Position numbers and translations under genes: made by a program. This document shows positions 45,623 to 54,768 of a stretch of DNA of 64,000 nt, piece by piece (within the stretch, counting starts at the first letter, position 1; the number at the start of each line of letters is the position of its first letter). Below the pieces are notes generated by a model. The model did no database searches and was not told the DNA's origin. It saw nothing but the letters and a program-made list of their open reading frames with translations. Origin of the DNA: Candidatus Undinarchaeota archaeon (GTDB lineage Archaea > SpSt-1190 > JASMDC01); NCBI GenBank assembly GCA_964519305.1, contig CAZFHY010000011.1, forward strand, positions 32,001 to 96,000, given 5' to 3'.

Positions 45623-46378
45623 ATGGTCGATGTGGAAGTGCGGTGCCAGACCGGATCACTCGCAGGCTACACCTTGGTCATGGGTTTTCCTGACGTAGGG
45701 CTCGCCGGCGCGATAGCTGCAGAGCATATCGCTGCGAAAGCAGGGATGCGTGAAGTGGGCCACATCCAATCGGACCGGATCGTCCCACTTGCGGTCGTCG
45801 AGGAAGGAGTCGTCGCACGACCCATCTCCATCTACATCTCCAAGCGTCGCAAGCTCGCCCTCATTCGCTCCTATGTCCATCTGCCTCCGCGGTTGGCCCA
45901 CGAAGTGTCCCGCGCAGTTGTGGGCTGGGCCCATGAAACAGGGATCTCCGAGGTGATCTGCTTTGCAGGCGTGCTCATAGAAGAGGGCCAGGACGGTGGC
46001 GAAGACGTGTACGTGGCCACCACGACTAAGGGGGCTTTAGGCGGAGACCGCCTCCAACGTCTACTGAACCGGGATGACGTGTATCCCTGGACAGGCTCTG
46101 TGTACGGGTTCGTAGGGCAGATCCTGCTCGATTGCATCGATGTCGACCTCCCTGCCGTCTCCCTTGTAGTGGAGACGCGGGCCGACTATCCGGATGCCCG
46201 GGCAGCAGCTACTTGCATACGCACACTTAATCGATATCTCAACCTACGCATTGATCTGGAGCCCCTTATGGAGGAGGCCAAACTCATCGAGGAGCAGATG
46301 AAGTCGGTAGTGGAGCACGCTGGCCGACTCCATCAACAACTCGAACAGACTACGAGCGCGAACCTGATGTTCAGGTAG
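45623..46378 (+). CDS. Proteasome assembly chaperone PAC2 family
   Basis: GFPDVGLAGAIA, YPDARAA and IDLEPLMEEAKLIE. Confidence 0.9.
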   Translation: MVDVEVRCQTGSLAGYTLVMGFPDVGLAGAIAAEHIAAKAGMREVGHIQSDRIVPLAVVEEGVVARPISIYISKRRKLALIRSYVHLPPRLAHEVSRAVVGWAHETGISEVICFAGVLIEEGQDGGEDVYVATTTKGALGGDRLQRLLNRDDVYPWTGSVYGFVGQILLDCIDVDLPAVSLVVETRADYPDARAAATCIRTLNRYLNLRIDLEPLMEEAKLIEEQMKSVVEHAGRLHQQLEQTTSANLMFR

Positions 46379-46387
46379 TCCCTACAC

Positions 46388-47425
46388 TTATGGAAGGGGA
46401 TCGACCTCGGCCTCGTACCGGTCGGCTGTGGGGAATTCGCGGACGATCGCGCACCGTAGCCCATCCCGTGCCATTTTTCGAGCTACTGCAGATGAGGTCT
46501 CGATACGTTCCTTCTCTGGATCGGGAGCCCATGAGCGCCGGGGGACTGCGGCCATCACATGGGGATCAGTAGTGTATACGACACCTTTCTCTAAAAGGCC
46601 GTCATCAGTAACGCGCTCGAACGGCCTGCGCAGGTTCCGGGCGGTGCGGATGTATCGATTAGTTAGCTGGATCCCGTCCTTGAGACGTGATGGGCAGAGG
46701 TGGACCGCAAGTGACGTGTGCTCCTCCGCCCAGCGGACGAGCTCTATGCCGAGCTCGTAACTACCGTCCACGACGCATCCCTCGGGTGAAGGGATAAGTC
46801 CGTGCTCACGCATGGCGGATCCCGTTCTGTCCGTGTACTCCAGTTCGTTAAGATTGCAGAATGCGGCTCCCGCATCATCCAGAAAGCGCAAGTGCGCTTT
46901 TAGGTGTTCGCCATCGCCAGGGATGACGGGCACTTCAGCACCAACGGCCCAATCCAGTTCTAGTGCGTGCTTCACAGCATCCTTTGCGAAGTGGAACCGT
47001 ATCTCGTCGACCCCGGCTTCATGCAACTGTGAGAGCACTGTTGGTGTCGCCCGGGAGCCGTCCGTGTATAGGTGGACATGGAAACGCTCTCCCTGATGCT
47101 CCTTCAGGAGGCGGACCAGATGGACTGTCCGGTCCATTCTGGCGAGGGGATCGCCACCCGTGACGCCAGCACCGAGGGCCCGCATACGCTCTGCCTCAAG
47201 GATGATGTCCTCGTCCTGTGCAATAGGTCGTTCGTTGGCCCAAGCGTCGTCCACCTCTCGTCGCCGGTCGGAGAGCGGGCAGTAGAAACACCCTTGACCA
47301 CATACTCCCGTGACAAAGAGCACGAGCTTGGCCCCTTTTATACAGAGGCGGCATCCTGTGGGGAGTCGTCCGGTGTAGGGAGCGTCTGCTTTTGTGTACC
47401 GCATTCGTGGGACACCTCGGGGCAT
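46388..47425 (-). CDS. Archaeal radical SAM protein (COG2108-like)
   Basis: GCRLC.KGAKLVLFVTGVCGQGCFYCPLS, ANER, TGGDP, HVHLYT, DEIRFH and NLNELE. Confidence 0.88.
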   Translation of the reverse strand: MPRGVPRMRYTKADAPYTGRLPTGCRLCIKGAKLVLFVTGVCGQGCFYCPLSDRRREVDDAWANERPIAQDEDIILEAERMRALGAGVTGGDPLARMDRTVHLVRLLKEHQGERFHVHLYTDGSRATPTVLSQLHEAGVDEIRFHFAKDAVKHALELDWAVGAEVPVIPGDGEHLKAHLRFLDDAGAAFCNLNELEYTDRTGSAMREHGLIPSPEGCVVDGSYELGIELVRWAEEHTSLAVHLCPSRLKDGIQLTNRYIRTARNLRRPFERVTDDGLLEKGVVYTTDPHVMAAVPRRSWAPDPEKERIETSSAVARKMARDGLRCAIVREFPTADRYEAEVDPLP

Positions 47426-47488
47426 TTACTCTGCAATAGTAACGTTTATATACTCATTCAGGGTACAGAATCTAGGTAGGGACGACCT

Positions 47489-48421
47489 ATGACAACGATC
47501 AAACAGTTCACAATAGAGCGCATAGAAGCCGTTTTCGTGATGCTGCTGATGCTCGTCATCATCGCAGCGCTGAACGAGGAGGTCCGTATGCTCTTCGTGT
47601 TCCCAATCTTCCTGCTGCTGTTGGGAACCCTGATACAAGTAGGTTTCAAGACAGGGATCCTAGTGCAGCTCGATGACTACGAACGGGCGATCGTGCTCCG
47701 TCGTGGTCGTTTCCACCGCATCTCCAAAGCGGGGTGGAACATTAAGCTACCCTGGCTCGAGGAGATGAAGATCGTCGACCTTCGACAGAAGACGATGAAC
47801 CTCCCTCCCCAGCAGGCCTATACCGCTGACGAGGTCAAGGTCCATGTGGACACTGTTGTGTTCTACAAGGTCATCGATCCGCGCAAGGTCGTGCTCGAGG
47901 TGGACCACTTCACAGAATCACTTGAGGAGTACGTCCGCTCTGCGCTTCGTGACATAGCAGGCAATCTAACTGTTGTGGAACTCATTGGCGAGATCGAGAA
48001 GGTCAACGACCTCGTTAAGGCCAAGATAGAGCCTTTCACCTCGGACTGGGGAATCAATATCGTCGGTGTCCAGATCACCAATGTCCAGCTACCGCAGACC
48101 ATTGAATCTGCCATGCAGCAGCTCAAGCGGCAGAAGGACCTGTGGGCCGCAGCCCGTTGGCAGGCCAAGGCCCGTCAGATGGAGATCGAGTCGCTCGCCC
48201 ATGCTGCCAAGCACCTCGACGACCGGGCCCTAAAGTACCTCTACCTAAAGGAGGCGCTGCCCAAGCTCGCTGAGGGCGAGGGCAACAAGGTGTTCTTCCC
48301 TGTGGACTTCAAGGGCGGTGACATGTCCAACGCTATGAGCATGGACCGCATGATGGAGAAGGAGAAGAAGGCCGAGGCCGAACAGGCGACCACCGCTCCG
48401 CCCCACATCCGCCAGCGGTAG
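47489..48421 (+). CDS. SPFH/band-7 (stomatin-like) membrane protein
   Basis: Two N-terminal TMs, YERAIVLR.G, VDLR, T.D.V.V.VD.VVFYKV.DP, LRDI.G and WGI.I..V.I. Confidence 0.92.
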   Translation: MTTIKQFTIERIEAVFVMLLMLVIIAALNEEVRMLFVFPIFLLLLGTLIQVGFKTGILVQLDDYERAIVLRRGRFHRISKAGWNIKLPWLEEMKIVDLRQKTMNLPPQQAYTADEVKVHVDTVVFYKVIDPRKVVLEVDHFTESLEEYVRSALRDIAGNLTVVELIGEIEKVNDLVKAKIEPFTSDWGINIVGVQITNVQLPQTIESAMQQLKRQKDLWAAARWQAKARQMEIESLAHAAKHLDDRALKYLYLKEALPKLAEGEGNKVFFPVDFKGGDMSNAMSMDRMMEKEKKAEAEQATTAPPHIRQR

Positions 48422-48484
48422 TGCATCTGTGACCGTGTCGCGCGCACTCCTCAGAAAGGAATAAGATCCTGATTACGCACTGGA

Positions 48485-48631
48485 ATGCAAATGTGCTGCG
48501 GTAGTCGTCGACCAGTGAGTTATCGTGGCCACGCAGACTATGGATCGGGTGGATATTCTATCTGTACGGGAGGCTCGGGTGCTACCTATGGCGGGTACGG
48601 CTCGGGAAAAAGCTATCCTCAACGGTACTGA
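48485..48631 (+). CDS. Putative 48-aa Gly/Tyr/Ser-rich peptide (below ORF-track cutoff)
   Basis: MQMCCGSRRPVSYRGHADYGSGGYSICTGGSGATYGGYGSGKSYPQRY*. Strongly biased composition, and it fills an otherwise empty gap. Confidence 0.45.
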   Translation: MQMCCGSRRPVSYRGHADYGSGGYSICTGGSGATYGGYGSGKSYPQRY

Positions 48632-48684
48632 TCGGGCCGCTCAACCGCAACACTTATAGGGCGGACCCTCCGCCAAGGCGCACA

Positions 48685-48978
48685 ATGTATGCTCTGGACG
48701 ACCTCGAGACGGTCGGATATGCCGCGTCCATGGACGTGACCGGCTACTCGACGACCAACGATCTGGAGGCCGAGGACTGGGCCATGATCGGTATCGGGGC
48801 GGCTGTTGCCGTGGGTGTCGGTGCGCTCGTCTATGGGGTGGCCACAGGCAAGATAAACTGTGACCAAGAGTACTCTCCCCGCACGGGTGGCGATGATGCA
48901 GTTGACTGGTTGCTGAATCCAGCGAACCCTGCCAGCCCTATCTCGCCGCTGAACCCTGCCAGTCCCATTTGGAACTAA
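48685..48978 (+). CDS. Small membrane protein with NPxSP repeats
   Basis: Acidic N-terminus, Gly/Ala-rich TM and C-terminal LLNPANPASPISPLNPASPIWN. Confidence 0.65.
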   Translation: MYALDDLETVGYAASMDVTGYSTTNDLEAEDWAMIGIGAAVAVGVGALVYGVATGKINCDQEYSPRTGGDDAVDWLLNPANPASPISPLNPASPIWN

Positions 48979-49051
48979 TGTTACTACTGCCCCGTGGTAA
49001 ACTATATAAAGGGCAAATGACATAGGATAGAGAAGCAGAGAGGAGCGAACT

Positions 49052-50938
49052 ATGGAATACACCGGCGATCGGGAGGTGGACCTGCAGGCAATCCCATTGG
49101 AGGCTAAGTTGGATGCCGCCGTGGGCTACCTGCTATCGACGCCTTACGAGCAATTGGAAGCCGGTGAACGCAACCTGCGTAACCATATCCTGGCCAAGAA
49201 CGGGGCCCCTAACTATAGGGCCGGCGAGGAGCTAATCTCTACAATGGAAGGTGTCGCGTACGTCGCCAACGAGTATGGCGAGAAGGATGCGGCCAAGTTC
49301 TCAGCAGGTATACAAGCTCCTTTGACACAGATGCTCACAGTGATGGAGCGGGACGTTGAGGAGCTCTACCAAGCGGCCAACAAGGACGAGAGACAGGTGC
49401 TCGAGAAGGCCTCCTTCTCCGAGCTGTACACCCGGGTCATGGACAATCATGACTCCCATCTGCGCGAGCTCATCGACTCATCGGCTCCCTACTCCGAGAT
49501 AATGGCGAAGGCAAAGGAGTACGATGAGGAGCACACGGGCTCGCTCTCACCGGCCGCCGAGACAATACACGACTTTTCGGTCCAGGTGGACCGTGACCGT
49601 CGCGGTATATCACGACAGGCATTCCTTATCCCTTACGGCCTTGTATCCATGGGTACGGCCGCTGCAGCCGGTGACATAGCTGGTGGCCTGCACCGTATGG
49701 CCAATATCGGTGTGCTCTCATACGGACGAGAAGGCGTCCGTCGCGGTATCGAGATGGGCCAGAAGGGTACCAAATACATGGAGAAGCTCGACGGGGCCAT
49801 CGACAAGTACCTACTCGATCCCATCAACGAAAAGTTCGACAAGGACTATCATTGTGAAGCCTTTACCAAGGGCTACGAGAAGTTCCTGGACGGCGTGGAC
49901 GTTGTGAACGAGAAGATGGCACAGTACACCGGGTTCGATCTGGCGTCCACCGCAGTGTTCGGCAGCCAGATCGCCCTGGGCATCATGTCACCCTATGCTC
50001 TCATCCCACTGGCCGCGCTGATCAACGTGCCGCGACTGGGCATGTATGTCTATGACAAGTTCAAGAAGAAGGATGATGGTTCACACCTCGTGGACGAGGT
50101 CAACAAGGAGCAAGGCATGTTCTCCAAGTTCTGGAACCGGTTCAAGAGGACGCTAAACCTTGGATTCTCTGTTGGTGACCACTACGTCAATCCCCTAGCG
50201 CTCAAGGCCGGGAAGAAGGTCACCAAGGACGACCTCGATAACGAGATAATCGACGATATACTCAAAGAACTTGAAGGCCAGTACTCACCGAACGTGATAA
50301 AGGGGGTGGGCGATTACCTCCATAATAATCTGGTCCTGGGAGAGAAGGAGAAGGAGCGCATCCGTGGCGTCACCGACGCCAACCTTGGATGTGTGGTGAA
50401 GTCAAAGGTCGGCGAGCGGGACCTTAGTACCGGAAGGTACAACTGGGTGCCCGAGTACGCCGCAAAGGTCGCAACCGACCTCAAGGTGCCCTATGAAGAG
50501 GCCAAAGGTCACCGGGCCGAGACATCCCGTCATGACGACGGCACCGTCGAGGACATCCTTGTGTACAAGGCAGGCCCTGAAGGTAAGGAGGAAGCCGAAG
50601 TAGTGTACCGCCGGACCTCTAATGGGTTCGAAGGAACAATCGTGCCAATCCTCGACCGCCATGCGGGGAAGGGCGGGCTGGTGGAGGTCCCCATCTTCGA
50701 GGAGGGGAGTATCGCCCGCTACGACATGTTCGAGTACGAGGTGGGGATAACCGACCTGACAGATAAGGAAGGTGCCAAGCGAATCCTCTTCCACGAGGCC
50801 AAGCACCTGGCGCACGACCTCTCCTATTGGGAGGGCCTCAGGGGTCTCGGGGAGAAAGTAATCGCTGAGCGCCTCAAGGAGCGGCAGACACCAGCTGACG
50901 CCCCCGATGGCCGGGCCGAGGCGGCCGGTACCGCTTAG
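49052..50938 (+). CDS. Hypothetical protein with central hydrophobic helices and C-terminal HEXXH motif
   Basis: AGGAG SD; ILFHEAKHLAHD (HEAKH at 50792-50806); no signal peptide. Confidence 0.75.
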   Translation: MEYTGDREVDLQAIPLEAKLDAAVGYLLSTPYEQLEAGERNLRNHILAKNGAPNYRAGEELISTMEGVAYVANEYGEKDAAKFSAGIQAPLTQMLTVMERDVEELYQAANKDERQVLEKASFSELYTRVMDNHDSHLRELIDSSAPYSEIMAKAKEYDEEHTGSLSPAAETIHDFSVQVDRDRRGISRQAFLIPYGLVSMGTAAAAGDIAGGLHRMANIGVLSYGREGVRRGIEMGQKGTKYMEKLDGAIDKYLLDPINEKFDKDYHCEAFTKGYEKFLDGVDVVNEKMAQYTGFDLASTAVFGSQIALGIMSPYALIPLAALINVPRLGMYVYDKFKKKDDGSHLVDEVNKEQGMFSKFWNRFKRTLNLGFSVGDHYVNPLALKAGKKVTKDDLDNEIIDDILKELEGQYSPNVIKGVGDYLHNNLVLGEKEKERIRGVTDANLGCVVKSKVGERDLSTGRYNWVPEYAAKVATDLKVPYEEAKGHRAETSRHDDGTVEDILVYKAGPEGKEEAEVVYRRTSNGFEGTIVPILDRHAGKGGLVEVPIFEEGSIARYDMFEYEVGITDLTDKEGAKRILFHEAKHLAHDLSYWEGLRGLGEKVIAERLKERQTPADAPDGRAEAAGTA

Positions 50939-50986
50939 CTCATTCCCACCAAAAGTTTCATAAAACTCCATCCTAGTGCGACCATC

Positions 50987-51271
50987 ATGTCGATGGAGGA
51001 CTACCGGACCCGCATCGATGCCGTCGATGAGCGGCTCGTGGGGGTGCTCGCTGAGCGCATGGCCCTTGTACGTGAGGTGGCCGTGTACAAGAAGGAGCAC
51101 GGGGTGGATGTCCACCAGCCGGACCGTATGCGGCAGCTCTTCGCCCGTGTGCGGGAGCTGGGCGATCCCAAGGGGCTTGATCCCGACTTCGTCGAACAGC
51201 TCTATCGGGACATAGTGGACGAGGCCATGCGAATCGAGCACGAGGTCATGGGCTCCGGGGACCGCGAATAA
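50987..51271 (+). CDS. Chorismate mutase (AroQ type)
   Basis: YRTRIDAVDERLV.VLAER..LV.EVA.YK...V..PDR. Confidence 0.9.
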   Translation: MSMEDYRTRIDAVDERLVGVLAERMALVREVAVYKKEHGVDVHQPDRMRQLFARVRELGDPKGLDPDFVEQLYRDIVDEAMRIEHEVMGSGDRE

Positions 51272-51341
51272 CGCTCCTGCCGCCCAAAGCCTAGATTATT
51301 AAACCAAATCTCCCTCTGGCGGGGGCCTGGGGAAGATAATC

Positions 51342-51950
51342 ATGGATTTAGAGATAATTGATAGGAATTACGGCTCGGACTTCGACCAGCTCCTGGGCGA
51401 TGCCGAGAATAACCTCAAGGACGACAGCTTCTACCTGACCGTGGTCGACGTCTTCGGCCAATACGCCGTCGGGCTCACCTACCAGTCGGCCGAGGGCGTG
51501 TACGGCGCCGGGGCCGGTCCTCTGAGCCAGGAGGAGGCGCAGGCCATCGTAGAGAAGATCGACGAGGCCACCTCCGACACCGGGTTCGGACCGAGCTTCG
51601 CTGTGTACGAGGGCGCAGTTGCCCGGGTGGGTGACACAGTCGTCCGTGTTCATGGCACAGGGATGGGCCAGCTGTCCGACGCGACCGACGGTTACGTGGA
51701 CAAGCTCGGCCGTGACGGCGCTACGGGCGAGTTCGGCTACATGGTACAGGACACCTTCCTTTTCGGGGACATGTTCATAGGGAGCATCAGGTCGGGCGAC
51801 GATGTGTACTTCGTGTCCGGCTTCACCGATGAAGAAGCAACAAATGCCTTCCTGGGCGAGCTCGAGACCGCAGGCTACACGGTCCGCGAGGGTATAAATC
51901 AAGATGATCTAGAGCTCCTTGAGAAGCTCAATCCCGAACAAGTGAACTAA
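51342..51950 (+). CDS. Hypothetical acidic protein with probable internal duplication
   Basis: FY/GY-x-V-x-D-x-F...VY...G...EEA pattern appears twice. Confidence 0.7.
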   Translation: MDLEIIDRNYGSDFDQLLGDAENNLKDDSFYLTVVDVFGQYAVGLTYQSAEGVYGAGAGPLSQEEAQAIVEKIDEATSDTGFGPSFAVYEGAVARVGDTVVRVHGTGMGQLSDATDGYVDKLGRDGATGEFGYMVQDTFLFGDMFIGSIRSGDDVYFVSGFTDEEATNAFLGELETAGYTVREGINQDDLELLEKLNPEQVN

Positions 51951-51977
51951 CGACCAGTCTTCAATTACCACCCCCCA

Positions 51978-52009
51978 GGCCGGGGGCGGTCTACCATCCG
52001 CCCCCGGCC
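51978..52009. terminator. Perfect 12-bp GC inverted repeat
   Basis: GGCCGGGGGCGG-tctaccat-CCGCCCCCGGCC between the 202-aa gene and the TATA-like CTTATAT upstream of pabB. Confidence 0.5.
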
Positions 52010-52037
52010 ACCCAAACCCTTATATTGTTCCCTCACG

Positions 52038-53564
52038 GTGAGCGCCGCAGGCATGGAGGGACGAGAGCGAGCGGGCGTAAAGCGGCCCGTCTTCCGCGAA
52101 CTGTCAACGGTACCCTCACCCATCCAGCTTTTCGACGCTCTCTTCAAAGAGTGGCGTGCGGACGAGCCCTCCGTCACGGGACGCGAGGTCCGGGAAGAGC
52201 CCCCCGCGCTACTCTACAGCGGGATGGATCCCAGTGACCTCGGACGACACTCGTTCATTGCCATCCACCCCTTCGCCCGCATCATTACTAAGGGAAAAGA
52301 CATCGAGGTGTCCGACCGGGCGGGATCGGAGCATCCTGCAGCGAATCCTTTGGATGCGCTCGGATCATTGTTAAACCGATATCGTGCTGAGAAGTTACCT
52401 GGACTCCCGCCATTCCAGGGCGGTGCCGTGGGATACATCGCCTACGAGCTCAACCGTTTCATCGAGAATGTGCCGGTCAACAATCCTGATGATCTACAGG
52501 TCCCAGATATCTACTTCGTGCTGTACGACACCGTCATCGCCTACGACCATGTCTCAGGCCGTGCGTTCGTTATCTCCACCGGCTTCGTTGATAATGCCGA
52601 GGAGACGGTGCGTTCGTTGGCCGAGCGACTAGAGGCCATTACGCCGGGAACACCGCCCTGGCGTCCCCCATTCCCCCCACCCTCAGAGCCCTCGGATTCT
52701 CCCGAGGCTCTATTGGCCACCTGCGCACCATCGACAGGGGATCCTCACGTCCTAACAACCGAGGATTACGGACGACGGGTCAATATCTGTCAGGAACATC
52801 TGTTCGCAGGGGATATCTACGAGGTCAACTTCACGCACCGCATCTCCCGCCCATATTCCAGTGACGCATGGGAGTTGTTCAAGGAGACGGCGCGTATCAA
52901 TCCCGCGCCCTTCTCAGCGTTCCTTGACCATGGCGACTTCTGGGTCGTTTCCGCCTCGCCTGAGCGCTTCTTCCTCAAGAGCGACAAGCACATGGCCTGT
53001 CGGCCCATGAAGGGGACCCGTATGCGTGGCACTACAACCGAGGAGGACGAGGCTCTGAAGAAGGATCTGGCGGCCTCCATCAAGGACCGGGCCGAGAACC
53101 TTATGATATGCGATCTCATCCGCAACGATCTGGGCCGCATCTGCACGATCGGCTCAGTACAGGTGCCCGAGCTCATGGTGGTCGAGACCTACGCCACCGT
53201 GCACCAGATGGTGTCCAACGTCATCGGTGAGCTCGAGGACGACAAGGACATCGCGGATTGCTTGAGGGCGCTGTTCCCTGGAGGTTCCATGACAGGTGCA
53301 CCCAAGGTCAGTGCGATGGGCATCATCGATGACACCGAGAACGTGGTCCGCGGTATCTACTCCGGTTGCATTGGCTATATCGGATTAGACGGTGACGTCG
53401 ACATGAACATCGTCATTCGGACCATCATACTGCGGAACGGTCGCGCCTATGTGAACACCGGCGGGGCTATCGTGGCGGACTCTACCGTCAAGGGCGAGCA
53501 CGAGGAGTCCTTGCTCAAGGCAAAAGCGCTCCTGCAGGCCATGGCGAACCAGGAGGGCATCTGA
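52038..53564 (+). CDS. pabB: Aminodeoxychorismate synthase component I
   Basis: FQGGAVGY, GDIYEVN, NPAPFSA, SPERF, RPMKGT (the Lys fits PabB rather than TrpE PIAGT), KDRAEN, PGGSMTGAPK and IVIRT. Confidence 0.9.
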   Translation: MSAAGMEGRERAGVKRPVFRELSTVPSPIQLFDALFKEWRADEPSVTGREVREEPPALLYSGMDPSDLGRHSFIAIHPFARIITKGKDIEVSDRAGSEHPAANPLDALGSLLNRYRAEKLPGLPPFQGGAVGYIAYELNRFIENVPVNNPDDLQVPDIYFVLYDTVIAYDHVSGRAFVISTGFVDNAEETVRSLAERLEAITPGTPPWRPPFPPPSEPSDSPEALLATCAPSTGDPHVLTTEDYGRRVNICQEHLFAGDIYEVNFTHRISRPYSSDAWELFKETARINPAPFSAFLDHGDFWVVSASPERFFLKSDKHMACRPMKGTRMRGTTTEEDEALKKDLAASIKDRAENLMICDLIRNDLGRICTIGSVQVPELMVVETYATVHQMVSNVIGELEDDKDIADCLRALFPGGSMTGAPKVSAMGIIDDTENVVRGIYSGCIGYIGLDGDVDMNIVIRTIILRNGRAYVNTGGAIVADSTVKGEHEESLLKAKALLQAMANQEGI

Positions 53565-54166
53565 TGTACCTCCTGCTGGATAACTATGACTCCTTCACGT
53601 ACAACCTCTATCAGTGGATGGTGGAGGAGGGCGCCTCTCCGATGGTCGTGCATAGGAACGACCAGATAACAGTGGACGAAGTGGACAGGTGGGTGCAGGA
53701 GGGGAAGCTCACTGCTCTGGTGGTCTCCCCCGGGCCCAGCACACCTGACGATGCGGGCATCTCCAAGGCCCTTATCGCCAGGCTCCACGGTCGTGTCCCG
53801 GTCTTCGGTGTGTGCATGGGACACCAGTGCATCACCGAGGTGTTCGGTGGACGGGTGGTGCGTGCCCGCAAACCCATGCATGGAAAAGTGGTACCCATCC
53901 ACCATGACGGGAAGGGCGTGTTCAGCGGGCTCTCCAATCCATTCGATGCAACCCGCTACCATTCTCTAGTGGCCGAACCATCATCCATCCCAGCTTGTCT
54001 GGAAGTGACGGCCCATGCCGATGATGACGACATAATGGGATTGCGTCACAGGGAAGGCCTGACCATCGGTGTACAGTTCCATCCCGAGTCCATCATGACC
54101 AAGGAAGGAAAGCGCCTGCTAAGGAACTTCATTGAACTGGTCGACGCCTACTGGGCCGAACGATGA
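53564..54166 (+). CDS. pabA: Glutamine amidotransferase component II (PabA/TrpG)
   Basis: DNYDSFTYNL, SPGP, GVCMGHQ, RYHSL and QFHPES. TGATG overlap with pabB. Confidence 0.92.
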   Translation: MYLLLDNYDSFTYNLYQWMVEEGASPMVVHRNDQITVDEVDRWVQEGKLTALVVSPGPSTPDDAGISKALIARLHGRVPVFGVCMGHQCITEVFGGRVVRARKPMHGKVVPIHHDGKGVFSGLSNPFDATRYHSLVAEPSSIPACLEVTAHADDDDIMGLRHREGLTIGVQFHPESIMTKEGKRLLRNFIELVDAYWAER

Positions 54167-54175
54167 GGGGCCGCC

Positions 54176-54688
54176 CTACTTCTTCGCGGGCGCAGGGCCT
54201 GGTTTTCCGGCCCGTACCTTCTCGACCCCGGCCTTGATGGTATCCTCTCGGAATCCGGCATCCCTCAGCTGTTTGATGAGGAGATCGAGCTCGGTCTTGG
54301 GATTGGACCGGATGAAGCCGATGACCGCAGGTAGGTTGGGGTCCTCGGGCTCTACGCCCTCGGCCTCCACCGCGACCGGAGCAGCACCCTTGCCGGCCGC
54401 CGCGTTGGCGACCTCGGCGAGCTTTTCAAGGAATCGCGCCTGCATATAGTCCATCCGGAAGAACAGGAAGGAGAAACCCAGCGCCACGGACGCAAGGATG
54501 CACAGGAAGAAAATGAACAGGATTATGAGGGTATTGAGGAGCACATTAGCAATTACGTCGAATGGCTCACCTGACTCTACGCTCATGAACATGCTCGAGA
54601 TGACGAGCGCCATAACGATTATGAGCGCTACAGCGATGCTGTAGAGAAGGGACATCTTGATTTTTTCTTCAACCATGACTAACACCAC
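54176..54688 (-). CDS. Two-TM hypothetical membrane protein
   Basis: Two long hydrophobic helices, then a small helical domain FIRSNP...LIKQLRDAGFREDTI. Confidence 0.75.
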   Translation of the reverse strand: MVLVMVEEKIKMSLLYSIAVALIIVMALVISSMFMSVESGEPFDVIANVLLNTLIILFIFFLCILASVALGFSFLFFRMDYMQARFLEKLAEVANAAAGKGAAPVAVEAEGVEPEDPNLPAVIGFIRSNPKTELDLLIKQLRDAGFREDTIKAGVEKVRAGKPGPAPAKK

Positions 54689-54768
54689 CTATTAGCTGAT
54701 ATGTGATACCGGGGCATGTTTTAAAAAGATAGACCCCTGCGCCGGACAATCAATCCTCCTCTATCGGA

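Noticed and set aside
52038-54166. Annotation as anthranilate synthase trpE/trpG
   Set aside because: PMKGT and PAPFS match PabB rather than TrpE (PIAGT, NPSPYM), and no other trp genes are adjacent.
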